From positions 1,909 to 65,908 of IMG/VR virus record IMGVR_UViG_3300024261_000026: a DNA stretch of 64,000 nucleotides. One strand, written 5' to 3'. Below are positions 17,461-26,859 of this stretch, piece after piece. The stretch comes from a virus. Taxonomy: Duplodnaviria > Caudoviricetes. Under the pieces are notes generated by a model. That model saw only the letters and a program-made list of their open reading frames with translations. It did not search any database and was not told where the DNA came from. A program made the translations under genes and the position numbers. Within the stretch, counting starts at the first letter, position 1. Each line of letters opens with the position of its first letter.

Positions 17461-18249
17461 GTGGCAGAAGATATTACTTGGAAACAACCAACCAACCCAC
17501 CTCCCCCCATGTTCCTCGGCGCAGCAGAAAGGAACTTGGTCAAGCAGGTTAATGACGAACTCATTGAGCGCGTCATTGGGCAGGGGATTATTTATTACCC
17601 TGTGAGCATGAAGCACACAAACTATCACCCACTATATGGCGAGGCGATTCATAAGAATTTCCTATCCCCCATAAAAGTAAATGCCTTGATCTCGTGGGAG
17701 GGAAGCACGACAAACACTACAAATCTCGGCATTGATAGGAGATCGAGTATCACCATTAATTTTCATAAAAGAAGACTGACGGAAGATCAGGATTTACAGG
17801 TTCAGGAAGGCGATTTTGTCCTATATGGCAATCTGTTTTATGAGATAGTAACACTATCCCAACCCCGAGAACTATTTGGTCAGGTGGAGCATAAGATGGA
17901 GATAGCGGCAAAGTGTATTCGCGCTAGGGATGGGGTGTTTGAGGAATCAACACTCCCACAGGTTTCAATAGATAAATTTAAATTGGCACAAGAAAAGATT
18001 GTCAACATTGAGGTTCTTACGATACCAGATGATTGCAAGATATGTGTGCCAACCCTTTCTGCGGCAGAAGTCGATTCTCTGAACTACAGGACTTTGGAAG
18101 AGTTTGTGGCAGAACCATGCAAATACAACGGATATCAGTTCTACCTTTCGGATGCAGGGCCATCTCCAGTCGGTCCATTTATTATTTCTAATAAGTGGTA
18201 CTTTAACGAAGATTGCACATGGTATCCAAGTCCATTTTATAAGATCTAG
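17461..18249 (+). CDS. Neck/head-closure protein (T4 gp14-like) with C-terminal extension
   Basis: IIYYP...HPLYGEA..K.F..P, EGDFV.YG..FYEI motifs; synteny after gp13-like gene. Confidence 0.7.
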   Translation: MAEDITWKQPTNPPPPMFLGAAERNLVKQVNDELIERVIGQGIIYYPVSMKHTNYHPLYGEAIHKNFLSPIKVNALISWEGSTTNTTNLGIDRRSSITINFHKRRLTEDQDLQVQEGDFVLYGNLFYEIVTLSQPRELFGQVEHKMEIAAKCIRARDGVFEESTLPQVSIDKFKLAQEKIVNIEVLTIPDDCKICVPTLSAAEVDSLNYRTLEEFVAEPCKYNGYQFYLSDAGPSPVGPFIISNKWYFNEDCTWYPSPFYKI

Positions 18250-18260
18250 GGAGATGATAT

Positions 18261-19109
18261 ATGCCTGACAACAACGAGAATGAAAAAGTTACAATTTTAG
18301 AACCGTCAAACCTGGAGACGATAGATACGGCAGTTTTTAACTGGGTGAATGAGGGGGTGAATGTCTTCTCCAACACTAATCGCGGGTGGATGAAAATACC
18401 AGTGATTTGGGTGACAGGAGAAAGAGCCCATCAGTCGAAGTCGGATAAGAATTTGCGAGATAAAGAAGGCGCACTTATCTTTCCCATAATAACAGTAGAG
18501 AGGACGAGCGTTGAGAAAGATTTGTCATTCAAAGGATCGCTTCAGGCGAATGTGTTTCCAGTCAACGATTACCGTGGAGGTTCAATCCCTCTCACCAACG
18601 TGATCAACCAAAATAAGACAAAGAATTTTCAGAATGCAGATGCCAAAAAGACATATGGTCAGTTAAATTTCAAAGTGAGTCCGAAGAATGACAAGATTGT
18701 ATACACTCACAAATCCATCCCTATTCCGGTATATGTGACTGCCATGTATAAGATTGTTTTGAGAGGCGAATACCAGCAACAGATTAACGAAATGAGCCAG
18801 CCATTTATGGTAGCGACAGGTGGAATTAATAGTTTTATTTTGCGCCAAAATGGCCATCGATATGAAGCATTCCTTCAGTCCTCCTATTCCCAAGAGAATA
18901 ATATTGCTGACCTCGCCGAGGAAGAGAGGATATATCAAACATCGATTGAAGTGAAGGTACTCGGAAACCTAATTGGATCCGGCAATAACCAGGAGAAACC
19001 TCACATCGTCGAGAGAGAAAACGCTGTAGAGTTTAAGTTCTCTAGGGAAAGGGTAATAATGGGAGATGACCCAACCCACCCAGATAACTGGGGTAAGTAT
19101 AGAGAATAA
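18261..19109 (+). CDS. Tail completion/terminator protein (T4 gp15-like)
   Basis: IPVIW...ER, LIFPII, PIPVYV...Y motifs; position between neck and sheath. Confidence 0.65.
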   Translation: MPDNNENEKVTILEPSNLETIDTAVFNWVNEGVNVFSNTNRGWMKIPVIWVTGERAHQSKSDKNLRDKEGALIFPIITVERTSVEKDLSFKGSLQANVFPVNDYRGGSIPLTNVINQNKTKNFQNADAKKTYGQLNFKVSPKNDKIVYTHKSIPIPVYVTAMYKIVLRGEYQQQINEMSQPFMVATGGINSFILRQNGHRYEAFLQSSYSQENNIADLAEEERIYQTSIEVKVLGNLIGSGNNQEKPHIVERENAVEFKFSRERVIMGDDPTHPDNWGKYRE

Positions 19110-19134
19110 AAAAGAGCATTTTGAAATTCTAAAA

Positions 19135-19143
19135 ACTATTTAC
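19135..19143 (+). promoter_or_regulatory. Putative late promoter motif ACTATTTAC
   Basis: Recurrent motif upstream of sheath gene. Confidence 0.65.
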
Positions 19144-19207
19144 ATCAGGAAAAGAAGCGCCTAAAAAACACAATGTATATTTTATAATAAGAGGAGAACA
19201 GAAAACC

Positions 19208-22036
19208 ATGACGGCACAGAAATTTAAATTTGTATCCCCTGGAGTTTTTGTTGACGAAATTGACAACTCACAACTGCCAGAACTACCAAACGCTGTAGGA
19301 CCAGTAATTATCACTAGAGCGGAAAAGGGACCATCAATGGTGCCGGTTCAAGTTAGTTCGATGGCGGATTTTGTTGAGACTTTTGGTAATCCTATTTATG
19401 GCGCAGGAAGCAGCGATGTCTGGAGAAGCGGACCCAATGTCTCCGCACCAGCATACGGAACGTATGCCGCACAAGCTTATTTGAGAAATAGAAGTCCTGC
19501 TACGATTGTTAAGTTGGCAGGTATCGAAGATGCAAACCCGACGCTAAACGGCGGAGCAGGATGGGCAACGAACACATCCGAAATGAACGCTGGTTTCGCC
19601 AACGGAGGCGCATATGGATTGTTCCTTGTAGAATCCGGGTCAAACCTGGAAGAGTCTCCCACGGGATCCCTGGCAGCAATCTTTTATTGCTCCCAAGGTT
19701 CTGTAGAACTGACAGGAACATTGATGGACGGTACCACTACCGCCAGCGGAACCGCAGGGGTATTCTTATCGGATGCCACACCACATCAATATACCGCACT
19801 TGTGAAAAACTCGTCAGGAACAGATACCAATAAGGTTGTGTTCAACTTCGACGAAAATAGCAAACTTTATATTAGAAACGTTTTCAACACTAATCCGACT
19901 TTGGTTAACACTTTTGCCGGCGACAATCAGAAGACTTACTTCCTCGGCGAAACTTTCGATAGAAACATCGCCGACAAACTAAATACCGCTTCCTCTTCTT
20001 TGGGTGTTATCTTGGGACTGAAGGATGATGTTGGTAGCATATCGGCACAGCAAAACATCCAAGACATGCAACTTAGCAATGCATCTACTGGGTGGTTTTT
20101 CTCGCAAGATTTAGGAGCGGCGTCTCTCTATAATGCTTTGAATATGCAGAACCTCTTCAAGTTTGAAGCGATTTCAGGCGGAGACTGGGCACAAGCAAAT
20201 CTTAAGATTTCTATTACGAGTATTAAGGCATCCCCGAACTCAGATCAACCATACGGAACATTCTCAGTTCAGATTAGGAGAATAAATGATGCCGACGCAA
20301 GGGTTTCACCAGTTGAAACTTATAGCGATGTAAATTTGAACCCCAACTCGCCTGACTATATCGCTCGGAGGATCGGCGATTCCTATCGAGAGTGGGATGA
20401 CACAAATAAACGATATCAAAAATATGGAGATTATGTAAATCAATCGCGATACATAAGGGTTATTGTGGATTCTTCTGTCGGCGCAGGCGCCGCAGATCCG
20501 AAGTTCCTTCCTTATGGGGTTTACGGACCAACGCGGTTTGATTCGTTCCAAATAATCAGCGGATCGACCGTTGACCCAGATACATACGTTACTGACGACA
20601 TTGTAGATTCAATGGGAGGTTCCGAGTTTGTAAGAACCGAACTTCCCATCACCGCTTCGTTTGAATTCCCAGAGTTACCTCTGCGAGCGAACAGCAACGA
20701 TGCTACCTTGATTAATCAAAAAGATGCATACTTCGGTGTTGTAACAAACATTGCTAACAGCAGCAGACTACAAAGGGATATCCCCGATTATGTCAAAAGA
20801 AAGCCAGACAATCTAGACAATCTAGGTGTCACTGGATCGCTTAACTATTCATGGGTTTTCAGTCTAGACGACATTTCTGGGTCGAGTACGACGGCAGAGG
20901 CGACCTACACTTCCGGATCGCGTGCCGAGGGCACATCTCTCACTGCGGTAGGGTATACATCTCCATCGGGTCTTGTTACCTCCGCTTCGTATGAGGCCGT
21001 ACTGGCAGCGGGATTCAATAAATTTACTACAATGCTTAACGGCGGATTCGAAGGTCTGAATATCCTAGAAAGGGAGCCTTTCGCCAACCGAATACTGTCC
21101 GGTAAGACGGCGCAGTCGAGTTATGCCTTCGCATCAATCGAGCGAGCAATCAATGCGGTTGCTGACCCGGATGTTGTTGATTGCAACATTCTGACGGTTC
21201 CTGGCATTACCAACTCGACCATCACTGGAAAGATTTTGGAAACTGCCGCAAACCGAGGCGATGTCTTGGCGGTTATTGACCTCGCGGGTGGATACCAGCC
21301 AGAAACAGAATCAACAGAAAGCGCAGCGAACAGGGTTGGTAGCGTATCAGATACCATAAATCAACTGAACCAGCGAAATATTAACAACAGCTACGGGTGT
21401 GCTTATTATCCATGGGTTCAAATTAACGACACCATTACAACAGGAGGTTCCTTATGGGTGCCGCCTAGTGTGGTAGTGCTCGGAACTCTCGCCTCTAGCG
21501 AAGCGAAGAGTGAGTTGTGGTTCGCCCCCGCTGGGTTTACCAGAGGCGGACTGACTGAGGGCAGCGCTGGCGTGCCGGTGACTAACGTGCGACAGAGACT
21601 AACTTCTGACAACAGAGATGATCTCTACACGGCCAACATCAACCCCATCGCTCAATTCCCATCGGAAGGAATCGTGATTTTCGGACAGAAGACGCTTCAG
21701 GTGACGCAATCGGCACTCGATAGAATCAATGTTAGGCGAATGCTAATCTTTGTTAAGCGCGAAGTTTCTAGAATCGCTTCCAGATTGGTTTTCGACCAGA
21801 ATGTACAATCAACCTGGAACAGATTCTTGGGGCAAGTTGATCCATTCCTCGCGAGCGTTAAGACTCGGTTGGGTCTGACTGATTATAAGGTTATTTTGGA
21901 CGACACTACTACCACACCAGAATTGGTTGATCGGAATATCATGTATGCTAAGATTTATCTGAAGCCTGCTAAGGCTCTAGAGTTTATCGCTCTCGACTTC
22001 ATTGTGACGAGATCTGGCGCATCTTTTGACGACTAA
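19208..22036 (+). CDS. Contractile tail sheath protein (gp18 family)
   Basis: FVSPGVFVDEID N-terminus; YYPWV, VPPS, WFAPAGFTRG, INPIA.FP..G.VIFGQKTLQ...SALDRINVRR. Confidence 0.95.
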   Translation: MTAQKFKFVSPGVFVDEIDNSQLPELPNAVGPVIITRAEKGPSMVPVQVSSMADFVETFGNPIYGAGSSDVWRSGPNVSAPAYGTYAAQAYLRNRSPATIVKLAGIEDANPTLNGGAGWATNTSEMNAGFANGGAYGLFLVESGSNLEESPTGSLAAIFYCSQGSVELTGTLMDGTTTASGTAGVFLSDATPHQYTALVKNSSGTDTNKVVFNFDENSKLYIRNVFNTNPTLVNTFAGDNQKTYFLGETFDRNIADKLNTASSSLGVILGLKDDVGSISAQQNIQDMQLSNASTGWFFSQDLGAASLYNALNMQNLFKFEAISGGDWAQANLKISITSIKASPNSDQPYGTFSVQIRRINDADARVSPVETYSDVNLNPNSPDYIARRIGDSYREWDDTNKRYQKYGDYVNQSRYIRVIVDSSVGAGAADPKFLPYGVYGPTRFDSFQIISGSTVDPDTYVTDDIVDSMGGSEFVRTELPITASFEFPELPLRANSNDATLINQKDAYFGVVTNIANSSRLQRDIPDYVKRKPDNLDNLGVTGSLNYSWVFSLDDISGSSTTAEATYTSGSRAEGTSLTAVGYTSPSGLVTSASYEAVLAAGFNKFTTMLNGGFEGLNILEREPFANRILSGKTAQSSYAFASIERAINAVADPDVVDCNILTVPGITNSTITGKILETAANRGDVLAVIDLAGGYQPETESTESAANRVGSVSDTINQLNQRNINNSYGCAYYPWVQINDTITTGGSLWVPPSVVVLGTLASSEAKSELWFAPAGFTRGGLTEGSAGVPVTNVRQRLTSDNRDDLYTANINPIAQFPSEGIVIFGQKTLQVTQSALDRINVRRMLIFVKREVSRIASRLVFDQNVQSTWNRFLGQVDPFLASVKTRLGLTDYKVILDDTTTTPELVDRNIMYAKIYLKPAKALEFIALDFIVTRSGASFDD

Positions 22037-22050
22037 AAAAGAAATAGAAA

Positions 22051-22059
22051 ACTACTTAT
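22051..22059 (+). promoter_or_regulatory. Putative late promoter motif ACTACTTAT
   Basis: Recurrent motif upstream of tube gene. Confidence 0.65.
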
Positions 22060-22094
22060 AGTTACAAAACTGAGAACTGAGGAGAAAATAAAAA

Positions 22095-22688
22095 ATGGCA
22101 TTTTGGAGTGACGCAACAGTATCTGACCCGAAGAGACAACACCGCTGGCTTGTGAGTATTGGCGCACCGGAGTTATCGTCATACATTAGTTATGTGTGTA
22201 AGGGAGTTGCTAAACCAAAGATGACGATTGGCGAAGCAGAGCATAAGTTTATCAATCATACATTTTATTATCCTGGTGGGGTGACATACGACCCCATCAC
22301 CCTCACTCTTGTAGACCCTGCGAACCCATCCTCAACGCAAGCACTATATGATCTGATTCAAGTTTCGGGGTATAGACTCCCAGACAACATCATTAACGCA
22401 AATCCAGGGGCATCCCCCAGCGGTCAGAATGCAGATGTTTCGACAATTAGCAAATCGAAGGGAGTCAAAGCGTTAACATCTGTTGTTATTACTCAGATGG
22501 ACGGCGATGGCAACACAGTAGAGGAGATTACTCTGAAGAACGCCTGGATCAAGAGTGTTGACTTTGGTGGTGACTTGAACTATGAAAACGAAGGTCTTGT
22601 AGAGATCTCTCTCGAACTTAGATTCGACTGGTTTAATATGGTTACCCCATCAAACCTCCTTGGATATGATCCGCGTGGTGATAGTTGA
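22095..22688 (+). CDS. Tail tube protein (gp19 family)
   Basis: DPKR..RW, YPG.VTYDPITLTLVD, L.NAWIKSVDFG.LNY...LVEISLELRFDW; follows sheath. Confidence 0.9.
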   Translation: MAFWSDATVSDPKRQHRWLVSIGAPELSSYISYVCKGVAKPKMTIGEAEHKFINHTFYYPGGVTYDPITLTLVDPANPSSTQALYDLIQVSGYRLPDNIINANPGASPSGQNADVSTISKSKGVKALTSVVITQMDGDGNTVEEITLKNAWIKSVDFGGDLNYENEGLVEISLELRFDWFNMVTPSNLLGYDPRGDS

Positions 22689-22707
22689 TTTATAGAGAGA
22701 AATAATG

Positions 22708-22737
22708 TTTAAATTTTCATCTAAGATGCCTTATAAT
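22708..22737 (+). promoter_or_regulatory. Possible sigma70-type promoter TTTAAA-N18-TATAAT
   Basis: Perfect -10, weak -35, upstream of ATG 22775. Confidence 0.35.
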
Positions 22738-22774
22738 GTAGAAGGAAATCTTAGGAAGATTTAGCGAGGTAAAA

Positions 22775-23665
22775 ATGACAAAAAGAAATAACGAGCAGCG
22801 TCTCGGATTACCTTCGACTGGTGCGAAGGAATCTGCCGATGTTTCCGCTGCGATAGACCCACCTTCAGAAGGCGGAGGGTTATCCTTCGTATCCCCCACG
22901 CAAATGGTTGATTTGCCATCAGAGGGGAAATACTACCCACCAGCTCATCCGCTTCACAACGAAACATCAATTGAGATCAGGGAGATGACTGCGAGAGAAG
23001 AAGATATTTTGACATCACAGTCTTTAATACAGAAAGGTGTTGTCTTCGATAAGCTGTTACAGAATATTATTGTGGATGGCAGAATCAGTCACCAGCACCT
23101 TCTTGTTGGCGACAAGAGCGCCATCCTTGTTGCGGCGAGAATAAGTGCATATGGCGAATTGTACGAAACCAAGGCGACATGTCCTAACTGCTATGCAGAG
23201 CAAGATACATCGTTTGATCTCCGAGATGCCGACATCAAAGGACCGCCCAACTTAGCAGAGGTTACTGAGGAAGTGGGATCTCCCGTGCGAGATACCGGCA
23301 ACGGCACCTTTGTTGTGACATTGCCAAAATCTCAATTGGATGCGGAGATAAAATTGATTAATGGCGATGATGAAAGAAGGATGTCCGCTTCTCGTAAGAT
23401 GAGAAAAAAGAGAAAGCAGATAGACAATATGCTAACTAGCACCCTTAAGGCGTGTATTGTCTCGGTGTCTGGCACTGACGACAAGCAGGAAATTGAGAGA
23501 TTCATTGAAAACATGCCAGCACAAGATTCCAGATTTATCAGGAAGGTAATGTTGCAAGTCACTCCAAATATTGATTTAACGCAAGAGTTCGTTTGCGAAG
23601 AGTGCGACCACGAGCAGGACATGGAGGTTCCTGTTACTACGGACTTTTTTTGGCCTGACGCATAA
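22775..23665 (+). CDS. Tail/baseplate assembly chaperone (T4 gp26-like, two CxxC motifs)
   Basis: VDLPS.G.YY, MTAREEDIL, ARI.AYG..Y, CPNC and CEEC, C-terminal FFWPD; between tube and tape measure. Confidence 0.8.
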   Translation: MTKRNNEQRLGLPSTGAKESADVSAAIDPPSEGGGLSFVSPTQMVDLPSEGKYYPPAHPLHNETSIEIREMTAREEDILTSQSLIQKGVVFDKLLQNIIVDGRISHQHLLVGDKSAILVAARISAYGELYETKATCPNCYAEQDTSFDLRDADIKGPPNLAEVTEEVGSPVRDTGNGTFVVTLPKSQLDAEIKLINGDDERRMSASRKMRKKRKQIDNMLTSTLKACIVSVSGTDDKQEIERFIENMPAQDSRFIRKVMLQVTPNIDLTQEFVCEECDHEQDMEVPVTTDFFWPDA

Positions 23666-23675
23666 ATACTCAGAG

Positions 23676-23822
23676 ATGGTGTACGAGCAGATCTTTATCT
23701 TAAAGTATTATGGCGGGTGGAGCTTCATTGAAGCGTACAATTTGCCTGTAAAACTGCGAGAGTGGTTCGTCGAGAGATTGGCGAAGCAAATAAAAGACGA
23801 AGCAGAGGCATCAAAGAAATAA
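23676..23822 (+). CDS. Small tail assembly chaperone (gp51/GT-like), not in the ORF track; may be made as a frameshift fusion to the upstream gene
   Basis: MVYEQIFILKYYGGWSFIEAYNLPVKLREWFVERLAKQIKDEAEASKK; W/Y-S..E...LP..R..F pattern; weak SD. Confidence 0.75.
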   Translation: MVYEQIFILKYYGGWSFIEAYNLPVKLREWFVERLAKQIKDEAEASKK

Positions 23823-23825
23823 TAG

Positions 23826-23850
23826 AAGGCACCCACGGGTGCCTTTTGTT
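23826..23850 (+). terminator. Rho-independent terminator
   Basis: AAGGCACC-CACG-GGTGCCTT hairpin followed by T-rich tail. Confidence 0.8.
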
Positions 23851-23858
23851 GTTATAAA

Positions 23859-23867
23859 ACTATTTAC
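23859..23867 (+). promoter_or_regulatory. Putative late promoter motif ACTATTTAC
   Basis: Directly after a terminator and before ATG 23888. Confidence 0.7.
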
Positions 23868-23887
23868 CTAGTGGAGGACTTTATTCT

Positions 23888-24250
23888 ATGAATGACAACA
23901 AAGTGAACGAGACAGAAGACGGAGATCTGGTCCCAACAGTTATTGATTTTACCAAAATGAGAGATGAGAGTGGAGAGGTAAGCGAATCTTACCTTCTTTC
24001 TTTCGGGTTAGCGCTTCGTTGGATGATGCCTGCTTTGTTTAGGGGCGGATCAATGCCAATAAGCATCAGGGGAACCAAACCTCAAATAAAATCTTTTGCA
24101 AATGTGATGTCGAAAGAAAAGAGATATCTTGAATCCTGGAAGAGTAATGGATTGGACAGTCCTCATACATACAAAAACAAAGCAAAATTAAATTCAGCAA
24201 TCGCAAAGTTTGAAAGAACCACTGGCGTAAAGTGGCCATTCAAGCAATAA
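23888..24250 (+). CDS. Hypothetical protein upstream of tape measure
   Basis: 120 aa, GGAGG SD, late motif. Confidence 0.75.
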   Translation: MNDNKVNETEDGDLVPTVIDFTKMRDESGEVSESYLLSFGLALRWMMPALFRGGSMPISIRGTKPQIKSFANVMSKEKRYLESWKSNGLDSPHTYKNKAKLNSAIAKFERTTGVKWPFKQ

Positions 24251-24265
24251 GGGTAAGAAAGAAAA

Positions 24266-26782
24266 GTGGCAACAGAAGAGCAAAAACTACGCGCACTCGA
24301 AACGCGAATTAAAGAACTCCAGGAGAAGCAAGACGAGCTTAATGAGAGCAGTAGTGAATATTATGAGAAAATGCTGGATTTTGGAGAGAAGGCGCTATCT
24401 ACAACCACAGACAAATACGAAATAGAGAAAGAGGCGGCAGAGAAAAAGCGAGAATCGCTGGATATAGATCGATCAATTATTGCGGAAACAAAGGAGAAGA
24501 TAAGACTTGAGCAAGAAAGAAGCGGTATAAAGACGGAAGCGCAAGAATCGGAACTGGAAGCGCTAGAAAAACAAGATAAGGTTCTAAAGAAAAAATCTGA
24601 AATATTAAAAGAGCAAGAAAAGAGTCTTCACCACCAGAAAGAAATAGCAGAAAGTTCCACCAAAGCATTCGCCAATATTGCTAGCAAGATGATGATAACT
24701 CAGAACGAATCTGCCGCCGCCGCCAAGAACATGTTTGTGATGTGGAAGAATACTGTAAAGGCGGAAGGCAGAATAAAGGGGACTGCGAAAGCTCTTATGG
24801 CGGTTGGTGGTTCATTCCTTGACGTATTCAACCCATTAAACCTTATAACATCCGCGATGAAAATGATATTCACAGCGTCATTTGAATATATGATGCGTTC
24901 ATCACAAGCGATGGCGGATTTTAGCAAGACAACTGGTGACGCTGGGATGATGGCGAAAGATCTTGGCGGCGCCATGAACTACGCCGCCGGCATTGATATC
25001 GAAGCAGTAGCTAGCGCAGGCGGCGCGCTGGCAGGTGCCTGGACTGGTATGGCGGATGCATCGGGATCTACCAGAAGTTCGGTGATTGGCATGACCGCAG
25101 AACTCGAAAGAATGGGGCAAAGCGGAAGCGATACTGGAAAATCTTTGAACTTCATGACAAGAGGAATGGGTATGTCGATGCCAGCAGCAGAGGATGCGAT
25201 GAAGGGTCTAGCATCTAGTGCTATGGATCTCGGACAAACTCCAGGGCAGATAGGAGCAAATTTCCGTGCCATGGCAGGAACCCTCGCATTGTATGGTGGC
25301 AGAATTCTTGATAAGTTTACCGATATCGCAGCGATGGCCAAGGCTACCGGACTAGAGATGTCAGACATTGCGACCATTGGAGAAGGTTTTGATACTTTCG
25401 AGGGCGCCGCCACCAAAGTGGGGCAACTCAACGCTTTAGTGGGCGGACCAATGCTCGACAGCATGGAGATGCTCAGACTTCAATCCGAGGAAGGACCAGA
25501 GGCGGTCACCAAGGCGGTTATAGAGTCGTTGAAAGCGCAAGGCAAATCCTATGAGACAATGGGATACCAAGAGCGCAAAGCGATTTCAGAGACGCTCGGA
25601 ATCTCTGGCGATAAGTTCGCCATGATGATGGGGTATCAAGACGAAGAAATGAAGAAGGCGGCGAAGAAAGCGAAGAAAGAGCAGGAACTACAGAAAAGAT
25701 ATCAAAAAATGCTAACCGCGACAGTGAGTTTGGCAGAACAAATCAAACTTGCATTGACGGCCGTCTTCGCGAATCCCCGTGTTCAAAAAGCAATGCTGGG
25801 ATTCGTGAAATTGATCGTCGGCGGCGCCAAGGACGGGAAGGAAGGTTTTAAGAAAATGGGCGATATGCTCGCAGACTTCCTTGAGATGGCGCTTAAATTC
25901 GCTACGGAGTTTAAAGAACCAATTGTCTGGATGATCGAGAATTGGGATAAAGTTCTGATTGGGTGGTTTACTTTAAAAGGTATTTCCTTCGCAATCAGAA
26001 CAAATATGATGGCAGCTGCCATGGGCGGTCCTGGATTATTTGGCAAAAGAGGTGGAAAAAGCGGCAGAGGCGCCGGACCAAGAAACACTCCCCAAAGAAA
26101 GGCATTGGCAAGAGAGAAGTTGGAGGAGCGGCGACAGGGCAAGATTAAAGAACCAATGCCAGGAAAGAAGGGGTTTTTTTCCAAGATAGGAGGACTATTC
26201 AAAGGCGGAGGCGGAAAACTCCTGAAAGGCGCCGGCAAGCTCTTGCTCAAAGGACTTACTGGTCCGCTTTTCGGCGGCCTCATCGCGCTGGTGATGAGAA
26301 TCCCGCAGATATTTAGAGATATTACGGGTAAAGGCACATTTATGGAAAAGCTGAAAAAAGTGGGCATCCAGCTTGGTGCTGTCATAGTTGATGCATTTAC
26401 CCTAGGGTTCGGGGGAGACTGGTTCGTGGGTCTGTTTAAGGAACAAGTCTCTAATAGTCCGATTGAACAAGGACCAATGCGACCTGTCGGGAAAAAGATT
26501 GGTACCGCTGTGAGACTTGGCATCGAAGAGGTTTCGCCACTGGGCACCGCAGTTGATGACATCAAGAACGACAGCACCTCTATGATATCAGCAGCATCCA
26601 CCAACAAATCTAATATTGGAGCACAGATAGCGAGAGAGTTCGCAAAAGAAATGAAAAAGAATAACGAGCCAACGCAAATGGAAATTAAACTTACTTTCGA
26701 TGATATTCTAGGTGTGTCATCACCAGTCCACAAAATGCTATATGACTCCATAAACAACACCCTAAAGAAAGCGACAGCGTAG
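24266..26782 (+). CDS. Tape measure protein
   Basis: 838 aa helical A/G/M-rich protein with N-terminal coiled coil, FDTFEGAA..VGQLNAL.GG motif and hydrophobic amphipathic segments; canonical position. Confidence 0.8.
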   Translation: MATEEQKLRALETRIKELQEKQDELNESSSEYYEKMLDFGEKALSTTTDKYEIEKEAAEKKRESLDIDRSIIAETKEKIRLEQERSGIKTEAQESELEALEKQDKVLKKKSEILKEQEKSLHHQKEIAESSTKAFANIASKMMITQNESAAAAKNMFVMWKNTVKAEGRIKGTAKALMAVGGSFLDVFNPLNLITSAMKMIFTASFEYMMRSSQAMADFSKTTGDAGMMAKDLGGAMNYAAGIDIEAVASAGGALAGAWTGMADASGSTRSSVIGMTAELERMGQSGSDTGKSLNFMTRGMGMSMPAAEDAMKGLASSAMDLGQTPGQIGANFRAMAGTLALYGGRILDKFTDIAAMAKATGLEMSDIATIGEGFDTFEGAATKVGQLNALVGGPMLDSMEMLRLQSEEGPEAVTKAVIESLKAQGKSYETMGYQERKAISETLGISGDKFAMMMGYQDEEMKKAAKKAKKEQELQKRYQKMLTATVSLAEQIKLALTAVFANPRVQKAMLGFVKLIVGGAKDGKEGFKKMGDMLADFLEMALKFATEFKEPIVWMIENWDKVLIGWFTLKGISFAIRTNMMAAAMGGPGLFGKRGGKSGRGAGPRNTPQRKALAREKLEERRQGKIKEPMPGKKGFFSKIGGLFKGGGGKLLKGAGKLLLKGLTGPLFGGLIALVMRIPQIFRDITGKGTFMEKLKKVGIQLGAVIVDAFTLGFGGDWFVGLFKEQVSNSPIEQGPMRPVGKKIGTAVRLGIEEVSPLGTAVDDIKNDSTSMISAASTNKSNIGAQIAREFAKEMKKNNEPTQMEIKLTFDDILGVSSPVHKMLYDSINNTLKKATA

Positions 26783-26823
26783 GTTGTCTGCTATATTGAT
26801 ACAAGCAAAAAAAACCATTCCTT

Positions 26824-26832
26824 TCTAGTTAT
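26824..26832 (+). promoter_or_regulatory. Putative late promoter variant TCTAGTTAT
   Basis: CTAnTTA motif upstream of ATG 26860. Confidence 0.5.
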
Positions 26833-26859
26833 AGAATATAGAGAAGAGGAGATATTATT

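Noticed and set aside
25783-26760. 325-aa antisense ORF
   Set aside because: Lies wholly opposite the tape measure gene; low-complexity mirror translation
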